DNA of 64,000 nt from Tetramitus jugosus (GCA_937625935.1 OW569357.1:62001-126000), one strand, 5' to 3'; positions 22,008 through 32,528 are shown, counted from the first letter of the stretch. The notes: generated from the letters alone by a model not told the origin. A program made the numbers and translations.

Positions 22008-22964
22008 TTAGTTTATGAGATAATCGAGATTCATTTTGTAATTTTCACTCGTGCCCTTGTTTGTCATATGAGCAGGTGACCTATTATTGACCAACATCTG
22101 TTGATGTTGTTGCTGCTGTTCTTTGGCTGCTGTTGCAACTGCTGGAGATGTATTACTAGCAGAGCTATTATGATCCTGAGCAACTTCTTCATGGTCATTT
22201 CCATCGACTGGGCTCCACTTGTCAATTGCGTACCACATGTTTGATATAGGATCACTCATGGTTGTTGTTTGCCTTGAGTAAGCTGATCCATCATTGACTG
22301 CTGTTGCTGTTGTTGTTGTTCGATTCAAAATTGTTGCTGTTGTTGGTATTGGTTGTTGTTGTTGATCGTGCCTATTTTGACTATTGTTATGGTAGGTATG
22401 GTTAGCTTCGTCAATATTCTTCGACGAGCTATGATGAGTGAGATGTAAAAGTGCTGGATGTGACTGTGCTGTCGAGGATGATGATGATGACAACGAAGAG
22501 GAAGAAGAAGAAGCAGAGCTTGAATTTGTCGTCGTAGTCATCGCTCCAGAGCTAAAATGAGCGCCAAAATATTGCTCAAAATGAAGGGTCGGAGAATTGG
22601 AATCCTGAACAGATTGTAAGCTAATATTTTGGCCGCTAAAGGGGTTTTTGCTTCGTCGGCCTCTCTTTCGTTTCGTTGAGTTCTGTAGTTGAATCATTGG
22701 TTCCTGTTCATATCGCACCACTGTGGGAGATGCAGTGGTCTTGATATTGGTTGTTGCTCTAGAGTAGGGAGATGGAGGTGAATTGGATGGGGAGCGATGA
22801 CGCTGTTGTTGTTTTTTGGGGATGCTATTGGATGATGCATCAGACTGGGTCGGAGAGCTATTGGGGGAGGGCAGAGGAGACATGGGAGAGCTCTTCTTCT
22901 TCTTCTTGAGATTCTTGTTGTTCTTGGTCTCAACTTGTGGTTGGTTGCTATTGTGGTGATGCAT
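22008..22964 (-). CDS. Low-complexity, probably nuclear protein with basic NLS-like patches and a C-terminal KMNLDYLIN motif
   Basis: First ATG at 22964. S/T/Q/N-rich, with KKKKKK and KRKRGRR clusters and a terminal hydrophobic short motif. Confidence 0.6.
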   Translation of the reverse strand: MHHHNSNQPQVETKNNKNLKKKKKSSPMSPLPSPNSSPTQSDASSNSIPKKQQQRHRSPSNSPPSPYSRATTNIKTTASPTVVRYEQEPMIQLQNSTKRKRGRRSKNPFSGQNISLQSVQDSNSPTLHFEQYFGAHFSSGAMTTTTNSSSASSSSSSLSSSSSSTAQSHPALLHLTHHSSSKNIDEANHTYHNNSQNRHDQQQQPIPTTATILNRTTTTATAVNDGSAYSRQTTTMSDPISNMWYAIDKWSPVDGNDHEEVAQDHNSSASNTSPAVATAAKEQQQQHQQMLVNNRSPAHMTNKGTSENYKMNLDYLIN

Positions 22965-23510
22965 CTCTGCTCTGTGTGTGTGTGAATGCAATTATTATTC
23001 TTATTATTATTAATAACTGTGTGTGAGTGCCTGGGTGGGGGAGAGGTTGAGGAGTGCGCACGTGAGTGTGTAGTGTCAGTGTGCTGAATGGTGAATGGAA
23101 CGGTTTGGGGAGGTGTGGTGTAGGACGCCTAGGAAGAAAATCAAGACAACATGTGAAACGCGCCCTTAACAACACAGAGCTCAGATGAATTGGTGAAACC
23201 ATTTTTGTATAAAACCTTCCGAATAAAAGAGAACACTTGCTCGTTTCGTCCAACGTTTCATAAGTCGTTAGCAATAGGGACTCCTATTTTGTTCTCGTCA
23301 TTGATAGAAACTTCACAATGACGCATTAGGCGCCCTCTGTCAAGTAGCTTTTTGTCCGTGCTCTCCCGACTAAGGCCGATGACATGAATGGTGTTTTTGA
23401 GCGATGCAAAGCACCATTCATAGTAAAATCGCCGGCGAGAGATATTTTGTTGGGAATAGACCAGCGTCTCGGAGAAAACTCTTTCATTTTTTAAAGCCAA
23501 AAAATAACTC

Positions 23511-24146
23511 ATGACCATAACAGAGAGGGATCAATTTATCGTTTACCTGGAACCGAAATACGTGTTTCGACGATTGATTCACGATTTTATGATTCAGTCC
23601 GCAAAGAGCGCGAGGAATTCGGCTCATGATTATGAAATGGTTCATTGCACATTGACTTCATTCTTTGACATGGAGGATGAGAATGCACCTAGGAGGGATA
23701 TAGGGAGATATATTGGAGCTCTTGAGAAATCTGTCAGGACAGTTCAGATGCAAGAGACCAATAATACGTGTGTTCTGAGCCAGTTTCGATTTGAACAATA
23801 CCCCTATACGATGAAATTTACATTTCAGAGCGAGTGGTTGACTCGTGTGATTGAGTGCTTTACAGAAGAGGTGAATGCTGTTCGTTCCAAAGATAACAGG
23901 ATATCCACGGACAAGACAAAAAAGTTGCACATTTCTTTGGCTTATGGACCCCAGTATCAAAGCAACACAGAGGTGCTCATGAAAATGTATCAAGAGTTGA
24001 TTGCAGACCAGTTAATCTCTTGTCTTTCGAATGAGAATCAAGAGTGGCGCATTGTGATGTATCAGAGTCGAAAGGTTGAGGGCAAACGAACATGGAAGGA
24101 GCTCATTTCATTGGATATTCCGATATATATACACCAGGCAAGTTAA
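23511..24146 (+). CDS. Stand-alone 2H phosphoesterase (UBASH3/Sts-type 2H domain-like)
   Basis: Two HxT/S motifs ~95 aa apart (VHCTLTSFF and LHISLAY), plus QFIVYLEP at the start and WRIVMY near the end. Confidence 0.75.
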   Translation: MTITERDQFIVYLEPKYVFRRLIHDFMIQSAKSARNSAHDYEMVHCTLTSFFDMEDENAPRRDIGRYIGALEKSVRTVQMQETNNTCVLSQFRFEQYPYTMKFTFQSEWLTRVIECFTEEVNAVRSKDNRISTDKTKKLHISLAYGPQYQSNTEVLMKMYQELIADQLISCLSNENQEWRIVMYQSRKVEGKRTWKELISLDIPIYIHQAS

Positions 24147-24214
24147 TCTTGCTTGAAATCAGCGAGAAATGTTTCTCAGACTATCTGTAATCCAATAAAG
24201 TACATTGTAAACAA

Positions 24215-25573
24215 TTAGTGATTGTAGAAATGTAGCTCTGGATCAAGTGGAGCATCAAACAACTCTCTTTGGATTTGAGGAAGAGATACCTGCTTCAATT
24301 CGTTAGGAGACCACTGAGCCACTCTATTTTTCTCAATGAGCACCACTCGTACGCCTTCCTTGAAGTCATGTCTTGATATCATACGTACAGCGAGACGATA
24401 GTCTCTACGGAGAGAGTGATCAATGGAGGAGCCTCTTCTTAGAGATTCAAGCGTTACTTTCAGAGATGTAGGGCATTGCTTGTTCAACACGGCGATAGCT
24501 TGTTGAGCGAAGAGACTCTCTCGACTTTGTTCAATATTCTCCAATACTCTTTCGATTGTGTATTCCGAGAAGAGCTTGTCAATTTCAGTTCTATTACGAG
24601 CCAAGTTACACCCTGATATACAGTCATGATAACCACTCGAATCAACATTGCAGTACTGATCCAATAATTGTTTCAATTGTGAGTCAATACACGTTCCTTG
24701 TTCGATTGTTATGATTTGTTGCTCCAGAGAAGAGAAATTCTTGGTGGTATCGGATTGCAGCACATGAGTAACCAAGTTACAATACTTTGAGTCCCAGGCG
24801 TTCAATCTTAAACCAGTCAGTGCAACATAGCTAGCAACACCAAATGATGGACATACAATAGGAAGAAAGAATGTACTCCCAATATCAGTGAAAAGACCAA
24901 GAACATTCTCGGGCATTGCAAACACGAAACGATTTGCATCAGCTACACGATACTTGCAATAAACAGACACTCCAACACCTCCTCCCATCGTGATACCATT
25001 CAACAATGCAACAATAGGCTTATTGTATCGGAATATCAATCGATTCAGATTGAACTCTGCAGCAAAAAACTCTCTGGCATATGCTTCTCCGCCTTGTAAG
25101 TTCTTCACATCACCTCCTGCACAAAAAACTCCTTCACTGCTTGATCTTAGAAGAATGTGCGATACTTGAGGATCACCACGTGCAGCCAACAAAAGTAACG
25201 TGATTCTCATAATCATGTCGAATGAGAGGGCATTGTAATTCTTTTTGCGGTTGAGTGTAATCACGAGACATGTTGAGTCAGCGGGAAGACAAGATTGAAC
25301 CGTTTCTTGAGGATCTTGCGAGTGATACAACACATTACGACAATAAGTCAGAACATCCTGCGGCAAATCACCATGATTCTCATCCAACAAGGCAAATAGG
25401 GAGGCAAAGCGCTTGATCTTGGAGAGAGTCTGTTGGCTTGGCGCCAAATTTGCTGTAGGGTTGACCGTCAACATTTCTCCGTTATCTTGGGCGAAAGGAA
25501 GGCAATTAAATGATTGTGGAGGAATCAGATGGTTTTTGATCACACGGACCCTTTCTTCCTCTTTTCCTTTCAT
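24215..25573 (-). CDS. HIBCH: 3-hydroxyisobutyryl-CoA hydrolase-like crotonase with N-terminal PTS2
   Basis: ITLNRKKNYNALS, FCAGGDVK, NGITMGGGVG, FAMPENVLGLFTDIG, PTSLKVT, DFKEGVRVVLIEK...W.P. First ATG at 25573 gives MKGKEEE-RVRVIKNHL (PTS2 nonapeptide). Confidence 0.88.
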   Translation of the reverse strand: MKGKEEERVRVIKNHLIPPQSFNCLPFAQDNGEMLTVNPTANLAPSQQTLSKIKRFASLFALLDENHGDLPQDVLTYCRNVLYHSQDPQETVQSCLPADSTCLVITLNRKKNYNALSFDMIMRITLLLLAARGDPQVSHILLRSSSEGVFCAGGDVKNLQGGEAYAREFFAAEFNLNRLIFRYNKPIVALLNGITMGGGVGVSVYCKYRVADANRFVFAMPENVLGLFTDIGSTFFLPIVCPSFGVASYVALTGLRLNAWDSKYCNLVTHVLQSDTTKNFSSLEQQIITIEQGTCIDSQLKQLLDQYCNVDSSGYHDCISGCNLARNRTEIDKLFSEYTIERVLENIEQSRESLFAQQAIAVLNKQCPTSLKVTLESLRRGSSIDHSLRRDYRLAVRMISRHDFKEGVRVVLIEKNRVAQWSPNELKQVSLPQIQRELFDAPLDPELHFYNH

Positions 25574-25893
25574 CCTTTGATTCTTTTTTGTGCGTGACAA
25601 AAAACTTGGTTGTGGGTTTTCGGTGATTGAGAACTAATGAATGTTACACCTCCATCAACTCAAAGGATTCAACACAACAAACTAGCAAAGGATTGCATTT
25701 GGTCATCTCCAATGTCAAGGAATCCGGGGAGAAATTTGAGGGAGAAAAGCGAAATTACGCCCGATTCCAAAAAAAGTTCAAAACTGGCGAGATCTTTGTT
25801 CTGAGAATACACCTCAATTCTCTCACATCCTATGTAAATCGAGAAGAGCGAACAAAACAACGTTGTTTCTGTTCAAACACAATCAAGTCTTTG

Positions 25894-28695
25894 ATGCAAC
25901 CATTATCTATTCCTTCTGCAAACTCGGTCTGGTCATCGATGCCTCCAGGGCCGAGTGGGCAACCTCAAATAACAAGCAGCACCAGTTCAGCTCCCGCTCG
26001 TAACACCATCGTTGTACAAAGAGCGGTCATTTCAACCAAAAATGAAAACCAAAAGATTTTGAACAATAACAGCGTGAGTAGTAAGAACGCTCCGAAGCTC
26101 GATGTTACAAGACAGGTGACGGACCTCTTCCTCAACGAACAGAAAACAGAGTTGTACATTCCCAAGGAGTTCTATGCCAAAACGCTTCTCATGCTCCATC
26201 ATTTTCGGAATGAAAGAACACTGGGCTCTAAACCACTTGAGTTCCTCAACAACAAACACCTGAGAAATATGAGGGAGGTTACTTTACAAATGGTCATTGT
26301 CTATGCCGACGCAAAACTATCCATCACAGTGCACGGAACAGAGAGTCTCTATATACACACGGTGGAGAACCCCAATCATGGATGCAAGCTCGAGTTTCGC
26401 TACGCATCTCTCATGACTCCACCCAAACAATCCACAAGTATGGCACCACGTCAATCAAGTTCAATGGGAAGCAAATCTGTTGGAAACAAGGACACGAGTC
26501 ACATGTTTCATCACAACAGAGATCACAACAACATATCAGTCAGTGTGAATGACAGCATCTTGTCTACAATGATTGACGGTTGTTCGTCATCTCTCAATGG
26601 CATCGTGTATCATTCTGTGCTGCCTGCTCTGCAGAACAAGGTGTATGAGACATGTGTGAGAGACACTTTGATTCAAAGAGCGACCATAAACAATAGAGAT
26701 GAAATCAGTGATTATTTTTCAAGGTTCGACGAAACGACAAAACTAAAGTTAAAATACAGGGTCAACTCGTTGACACAACGAGTCGAAGTACTGTCGTTGG
26801 ACGAAACTCTCACGGTGATTGCTCTGTGTGACTTGGGTGTGGGTAAAGCACATCAGAAAGATCAAGTTGTCCAATTAGCTAACAATTACTTAAGGACGCA
26901 CCCTCCCGCTCCTCATCCGTCTAATGATGATGTTGAAGAACAACAACCAAAACAATTCTCTGCTCAATCCTCTCTCATTACGATTCAGAATGCGGTGTAT
27001 CGATTGGGAGAAGAATACAGGAACATCACAGATCAATTAAATGACATGCTGTGCTATGATCGATTGATTGTTCCTTCGAGAGACAAGGGCTTCTACTTTG
27101 ACATGTTCTTTGTGGATCAGAATGCTCGAGGAGAGGAACCGAGGTTGGAGCTTCAATACTCGCTTTACAATGGCGCCAAAGTGTTCTCCGAATTTGTTCA
27201 TGAGAGAGAGGGCTTGCTGATCATGACACCGGCGAGTGTTGTGACCAATGAGGAGAGACTTCAGTGCTTAAACGCTGGTCGATTCACACCTCATATTCTC
27301 AATGATTCTGCAGAGAACACTCGAAAGAAGATGGTGAACAATGCATTGTATCTCAGGGAAACTCAATCCAAGAACATTGCATTCAAGATTAAGTCTTCAC
27401 TGGGCAAGATGTCCGAGGCATTGCAATCCTATCAATACGTCCTGCTCAGGTACGGGTCAATGAAGTTGATATGGATTGGTGAGCACAATGATGGAGTCAA
27501 GGCAATCTCCCATGTAAATAACTCTAGCTTATCTTCTCAGGTATCTCGACCAGAGCAATACTTGTCTCATGGAAGAACCATGTCAGAAGATGCCTACGGC
27601 AAACCACCAACCAATGAGCAATTGTTGAATGATACCACAGAACCATTGTTGCTATCACAGTCAACAGCTACAGCGCAAGAGTTGAATCGATACCAGTCTG
27701 CTCCTGAGCTGATATCCAGCAACACAAATGCATCTCAGAGGGAAGAACCGGTGAGTAGAGTTTCTCTTCCTTCGAGGTCAGTGGAGGAAGCGAATAGTAG
27801 ATGGAGACGATCGATGAGACAAGAGTATCTAGTTGCAGATGAATACGTGAACCTCTTGTCTGAATCTGAGTCAGTTGTTCAAGAAGCTCCTCGCACTTCT
27901 TCCTCTCATCCTCTTCCTCCTCTTCCTGATCTTCCTCCGCGATCTACTCACACTACAGGTAACACTGAGACCGACAATGTCTCTACCACTTCATACCACA
28001 ATGGTTCGGGACGAGAGGCTGAATCACGGAGAGAGGATATCTCCATTTCTTCTTTCAATCCTTCAGAGCGGAACTTGCCATCTCGTCGGACGAGCATGTC
28101 ATCCTCTACACCAACTTCGGTAGTCTCTGACGATGTCCCACCTGTTCTTTCTGTAGTTGAAGCTCCAGACTCATCAACGGGAGTCAAGATTGAAAGTCGT
28201 TTTATGCAGGCAATGGACTCCATTAGCATTCAAGTGTACGATACTCGATTCTCCATGGCGGATGTACTAGTACGGAGCGATGTTTATGCGTTGTTGATTG
28301 TTGGTCTGTGGGTGTTTTTTGTCATATCTGATCCAGCACTGTATCGTTGGTTGGGAGTAGTCTTTGTACTCTCCAGAATTTCCATTGACCTGACCTTCTC
28401 AATCATCAAGGACACTGTATTGGCAGCAACCATGTTTCTCATTGTCTATCTGATCAATAATCCCGAAACGCTATCAGTTTGGATCGACAAGATGAGAGCA
28501 GGTCAATTAGAGATGGAGAAGGTGCAAGTGGCGCGTGAAACAATGCTTGGCAAGATGTTTGACCTGTACGTGTGGTTAGTCAAGAAAACAAAGAGAAGAA
28601 GACCAGTGGAGCCAAGTGACACAGAGATCAAAAAGAAACAGGAGATATCAGCCCCATCAATAGTGACAGTGGAGAAAATACAGAGTGATGCATAA
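25894..28695 (+). CDS. Uncharacterised ~930-aa protein with C-terminal transmembrane segments
   Basis: Long ORF with first ATG at 25894. Ser/Pro-rich linker, then 2-3 hydrophobic helices (VYALLIVGLWVFFVI, WLGVVFVL, VLAATMFLIVYLI). Confidence 0.65.
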   Translation: MQPLSIPSANSVWSSMPPGPSGQPQITSSTSSAPARNTIVVQRAVISTKNENQKILNNNSVSSKNAPKLDVTRQVTDLFLNEQKTELYIPKEFYAKTLLMLHHFRNERTLGSKPLEFLNNKHLRNMREVTLQMVIVYADAKLSITVHGTESLYIHTVENPNHGCKLEFRYASLMTPPKQSTSMAPRQSSSMGSKSVGNKDTSHMFHHNRDHNNISVSVNDSILSTMIDGCSSSLNGIVYHSVLPALQNKVYETCVRDTLIQRATINNRDEISDYFSRFDETTKLKLKYRVNSLTQRVEVLSLDETLTVIALCDLGVGKAHQKDQVVQLANNYLRTHPPAPHPSNDDVEEQQPKQFSAQSSLITIQNAVYRLGEEYRNITDQLNDMLCYDRLIVPSRDKGFYFDMFFVDQNARGEEPRLELQYSLYNGAKVFSEFVHEREGLLIMTPASVVTNEERLQCLNAGRFTPHILNDSAENTRKKMVNNALYLRETQSKNIAFKIKSSLGKMSEALQSYQYVLLRYGSMKLIWIGEHNDGVKAISHVNNSSLSSQVSRPEQYLSHGRTMSEDAYGKPPTNEQLLNDTTEPLLLSQSTATAQELNRYQSAPELISSNTNASQREEPVSRVSLPSRSVEEANSRWRRSMRQEYLVADEYVNLLSESESVVQEAPRTSSSHPLPPLPDLPPRSTHTTGNTETDNVSTTSYHNGSGREAESRREDISISSFNPSERNLPSRRTSMSSSTPTSVVSDDVPPVLSVVEAPDSSTGVKIESRFMQAMDSISIQVYDTRFSMADVLVRSDVYALLIVGLWVFFVISDPALYRWLGVVFVLSRISIDLTFSIIKDTVLAATMFLIVYLINNPETLSVWIDKMRAGQLEMEKVQVARETMLGKMFDLYVWLVKKTKRRRPVEPSDTEIKKKQEISAPSIVTVEKIQSDA

Positions 28696-28829
28696 AGGTC
28701 TGTCTTGACAGATGAAACCCCTCAACCAACCAATCACGGCATGCTCCGTATTCATTTTTAGAACAAGTTCAGACTTTAGCAAAAGACTCTCGCTTCAATA
28801 ATTTTGGTAGACCAATCCGTAAACAAACA

Positions 28830-30423
28830 ATGATGTCAATAATTCTAGCCCTTGTTGTAACAGCAATATCATGTGCCATTTTCATTCACTTACGAGAGCT
28901 TTGGAGGTATAGGCACATCCCAGGAGTGAGCCAAATACTGCCCTTTTGTCCTATCAAAATACCCATTCTCGCACCCTATATGTTTCTGGGAAATTATCCT
29001 GAGCTGATGGAGGTGGGAAAGAGATTTGAGAAGTATCCATTGTTTAGAGTTACCTCTTTTCGACGCACAGTTTTTGTAACAAATAGTCTAGAGGCAGTGA
29101 AACATGTCATGTTGAAGAAGTCTTCTAACTTTGCCAAACCTCCCAGTTATGCCGCGTTGAATGTGTATGTAATTTGATTCAATCAAGCGTCAGTTAGTTT
29201 TTAAATTGTAAGGATGTTCATTGTTAACTCGAATACACCTTAGTTATGGAGAGAATATTGTAAGTGTGAGTGGAGAGACCGCTCATAAGAAGCATCGAAG
29301 AATTGTGGAACCTGCATTCCAAGAGAAGAACCTCAGAGAATTGGTCAACATTTCCAATAACTCGACCGATTTGTTGCTGAAGAAGTTGGAGAAGAAACAA
29401 AGGCTTGAATTGAATTCGGATATGACTGATGTGACAATGGATATTATTGGAAAATCCAACTTTGGAGTGGATCTCAACGTGTTTCATGAGAGTGACTCCA
29501 AAGCGAAACACACCTTGTTTGACAAAACAAAGCACTTGAAGTCCTTCTATGATTCACTCGAAGTCACCAGCACTTTGGGTATTGCTCTTCATATGCTCGT
29601 ACCCCCGTTTCTGCACAACTTGGGATTGTTCCGTCATCCGGTGACATCGATTAGAGAGACAAAGCAATACATCGAAGAATTAATTGCCGCTCGAAGTACC
29701 TCAAACAATGAATCGCGAGCTGATTTATTGAGTTTGCTACTGGAATCCAATGCTAATGACTCTGAGGACCACAGACTCTCAAACCAAGAATTGATATCTG
29801 ATTCGTTCATTTTCTTGTTTGCTGGTCATGAGACATCAGCAACCAACTTGGGACATTTGTTGTGCGAGTTGGCCAAGAATCAAGACATTCAACAAAAGTG
29901 TGTTCAAGAAATTGACACTGTGTTGGGAGGAAAAGACTTTACTTATGACGACTACTCTCGCTTGCCCTATATGAACAATTGTATCAATGAGAGTTTGAGA
30001 AGACACAGTGCTGTGGATATGGTCCCAAAGGCTGCAAAGTCTAAGGATGTAATCTGTGGAATACCTATACCAAAGAACGGATTTGTTTGGGTAGATATTC
30101 ACCATACTCACCTGGACCATCGTTATTGGAAAGATCCTTTTGAGTTTAATCCAGATCGATTCAACCAGAAGTATGACCCTCTATCATTTCTCCCCTTTAG
30201 TTTTGGAGCTAGAAAGTGTGTGGGTTACCAGTTCTCCTATGTAGAAACTATGGCCATTATCGTTCGACTGTTGCAGAGGTATCAGTTCGAGTTGGAGCCA
30301 GGAAAGGACCCAAGAACCTACTATCCCAAAGAAACAGCACTGATAACTGTAAAGATTGTGAAAGAAAATTTGGTCATGAAGAAACGAGTGATGTCACCAC
30401 CCGATGACTCTCCAAATGAGTGA
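28830..30423 (+). CDS. Cytochrome P450, copy A (504 aa, 2 exons)
   Basis: N-terminal TM anchor. Intron 29165-29243 (GTATGT...TAG) restores LNVYGENIVSV. I-helix FLFAGHETS, ExxR (ESLR), FNPDRF and heme motif FSFGARKCVG. Confidence 0.93.
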
Positions 30424-30779
30424 CAGTTCTCTCCTCGAAAAAATATGTAGATAAATGACTAGCTCCTGAAGTTGAAATCGGAAGTATGATGTCTTTGTCG
30501 GCATTTTCCGTTCCAAAAACGTTTTTCGCACATTCCGTTCGGAAGTTGCGATGCAGAATGGTGTAAATAACATGAGAAGTTTTATCCTTGTCAACATTGG
30601 ATCGATGGTGGGTAATTTCAGGGGCTAATTGTACGCTCAATCATGGTTGTTGCTGGTGGTTTGAATCTTTTATCGTGGTTCCAACAGTATCTCTTGAAAA
30701 AACCAAATCATCAAATCTCCTTTATTGTTCAAATTTTTCGCTCATACAGAAGTCAAAAAGAATAGAGTAAAGCACACAC

Positions 30780-32276
30780 ATGTCGTTTCTTCTCATATTG
30801 TCTTCCGTGTTGATTCTAGCGGTCACCTACTATGTGTTCAAGCACTTGGAACAATTGTGGAAATATAGTCATATTCCAGGTGTGAGTCAAATCTTGCCAT
30901 CGACACCATTTCCCTTCCCCATACCTCTATTGGCTCCATACACGTACAGAGGCAGCTATAAGACTATGTTACAGCTACATGAGCGATTCAAGCAGTATCC
31001 CGTGTTTCGATTGACGTCTGGTCACACAACTTTTATTGTAACGAACTGCAGAGAAGTTACAAAGCAAATCATGATCAAGAATGCAGGAAATTATCCAAAG
31101 CCTCCAGAGATGTACGGTCCCTTGTTGATGTACGGTGAGAATATTGTGAGTGTGGACGGTGGTGAAATTCATCGAAAGCATCGAAGAATTGTGGAACCAG
31201 CGTTCCAGGAGAAGAACTTGAGAGCTCTGGTCGATATTTCCAATGAATCTACAGATTTGTTGCTCAAGAGGTTGGAGAAGGATCGAGTGATGGAGGTGAA
31301 TGCGGATATGACTGATGTGACAATGGATATTATTGGAAAGTCAAACTTTGGAGTGGATCTCAACGTGTTCCACGAGAGTGATCCCAATGCAAAGCACACC
31401 TTGTTCGACAAGAGCAAATACAAGAGATCGTTCTATGATGCATTGGAGCTGACAAACACGTTGGGTATTGCCATTTGGAACTTTGTTCCTGTGTTTATGA
31501 GACCTCTGTGGATATTCAAATCTGGCCTTGAGGCTGTGAGTGAAGTACAGGAGTACATTCTTGATATTGTGTCTCAGAGAAGAGAGAATGGAATTGAAGG
31601 TCGCTCTGATCTAGTCAGTTTGCTCCTAGAGTCGAATGAGAGTGGAGAGACTAAGCTGACCAATCAAGAGATCGTTTCTGATGCTTTCATCTTCTTGTTT
31701 GCAGGTCACGAGACATCAGCAACCAACTTGGGACATTTGTTGTGCGAGTTGGCCAAGAATCAAGACGTTCAAGACAAGTGTATTGAAGAGATTGACAGAG
31801 TGTTGGAAGGTAGAGCTATGACTTATGATGACTTTGACCTGTTCCCCTATATCAACAACTGTGTCAAGGAAACTCTGCGATTACACAGTCCTGTGTCCAT
31901 GGTGCCCAAGGTGGCAAAATCAAAGGATAATCTGGGAGGTTACAGCATTCCAAAGGGTACCTACGTCTGGGTCGATTTCTATATTGCCATGAGAGATGAA
32001 AGAAGTTGGAAAGATCCATTGGCGTTCAATCCTGATCGCTTCAACGAAAAGTATGAAGCCATGGCTTTCTTGCCATTCAGCTTTGGAGCCAGAAAGTGTG
32101 TCGGTTTCCAGTTCTCTCTTGTTGAGACATTGGCCATTCTGGTGAGAATTCTGCAAAAGTATCGTGTGGAATTTGAGGCGGGTATCGATCCTAAGACTCA
32201 TCAGCCAAAGGAAGCTGTACTCGTGACAGTCAAGATTGACAAACAAAATCTGATGCTACGACCTCGATCTCAATAA
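30780..32276 (+). CDS. Cytochrome P450, copy B (498 aa, intronless tandem paralog)
   Basis: TM anchor, FLFAGHETS, ETLR, FNPDRF, FSFGARKCVG. Colinear with copy A. Confidence 0.95.
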   Translation: MSFLLILSSVLILAVTYYVFKHLEQLWKYSHIPGVSQILPSTPFPFPIPLLAPYTYRGSYKTMLQLHERFKQYPVFRLTSGHTTFIVTNCREVTKQIMIKNAGNYPKPPEMYGPLLMYGENIVSVDGGEIHRKHRRIVEPAFQEKNLRALVDISNESTDLLLKRLEKDRVMEVNADMTDVTMDIIGKSNFGVDLNVFHESDPNAKHTLFDKSKYKRSFYDALELTNTLGIAIWNFVPVFMRPLWIFKSGLEAVSEVQEYILDIVSQRRENGIEGRSDLVSLLLESNESGETKLTNQEIVSDAFIFLFAGHETSATNLGHLLCELAKNQDVQDKCIEEIDRVLEGRAMTYDDFDLFPYINNCVKETLRLHSPVSMVPKVAKSKDNLGGYSIPKGTYVWVDFYIAMRDERSWKDPLAFNPDRFNEKYEAMAFLPFSFGARKCVGFQFSLVETLAILVRILQKYRVEFEAGIDPKTHQPKEAVLVTVKIDKQNLMLRPRSQ

Positions 32277-32460
32277 AGTCGACAGACGATTCACTGAAAA
32301 ATGAGGCCTTTTCGGGAAGCGATTCATTCGCCGCATGGTTTCGCACTTTCGCGAAATACCACAGAAGTCCGAATAGGTCACCAGCCACAATGACAAAGTC
32401 CGGAAGAGTCCGGATGAAGCTTAAAAGCAAGAGAGAATATGTCGAATGGTATGTCCAATC

Positions 32461-32490
32461 AACAACAACAATAACAACAACAACAACAAC
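32461..32490 (+). repeat. (AAC)n microsatellite in the presumed 5' UTR of the ABCB gene
   Basis: aacaacaacaataacaacaacaacaacaac, ~40 nt upstream of the ATG at 32529. Confidence 0.8.
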
Positions 32491-32528
32491 TGAACAACAT
32501 CCTAGTGATAACTAATTATTTGTAAGAT

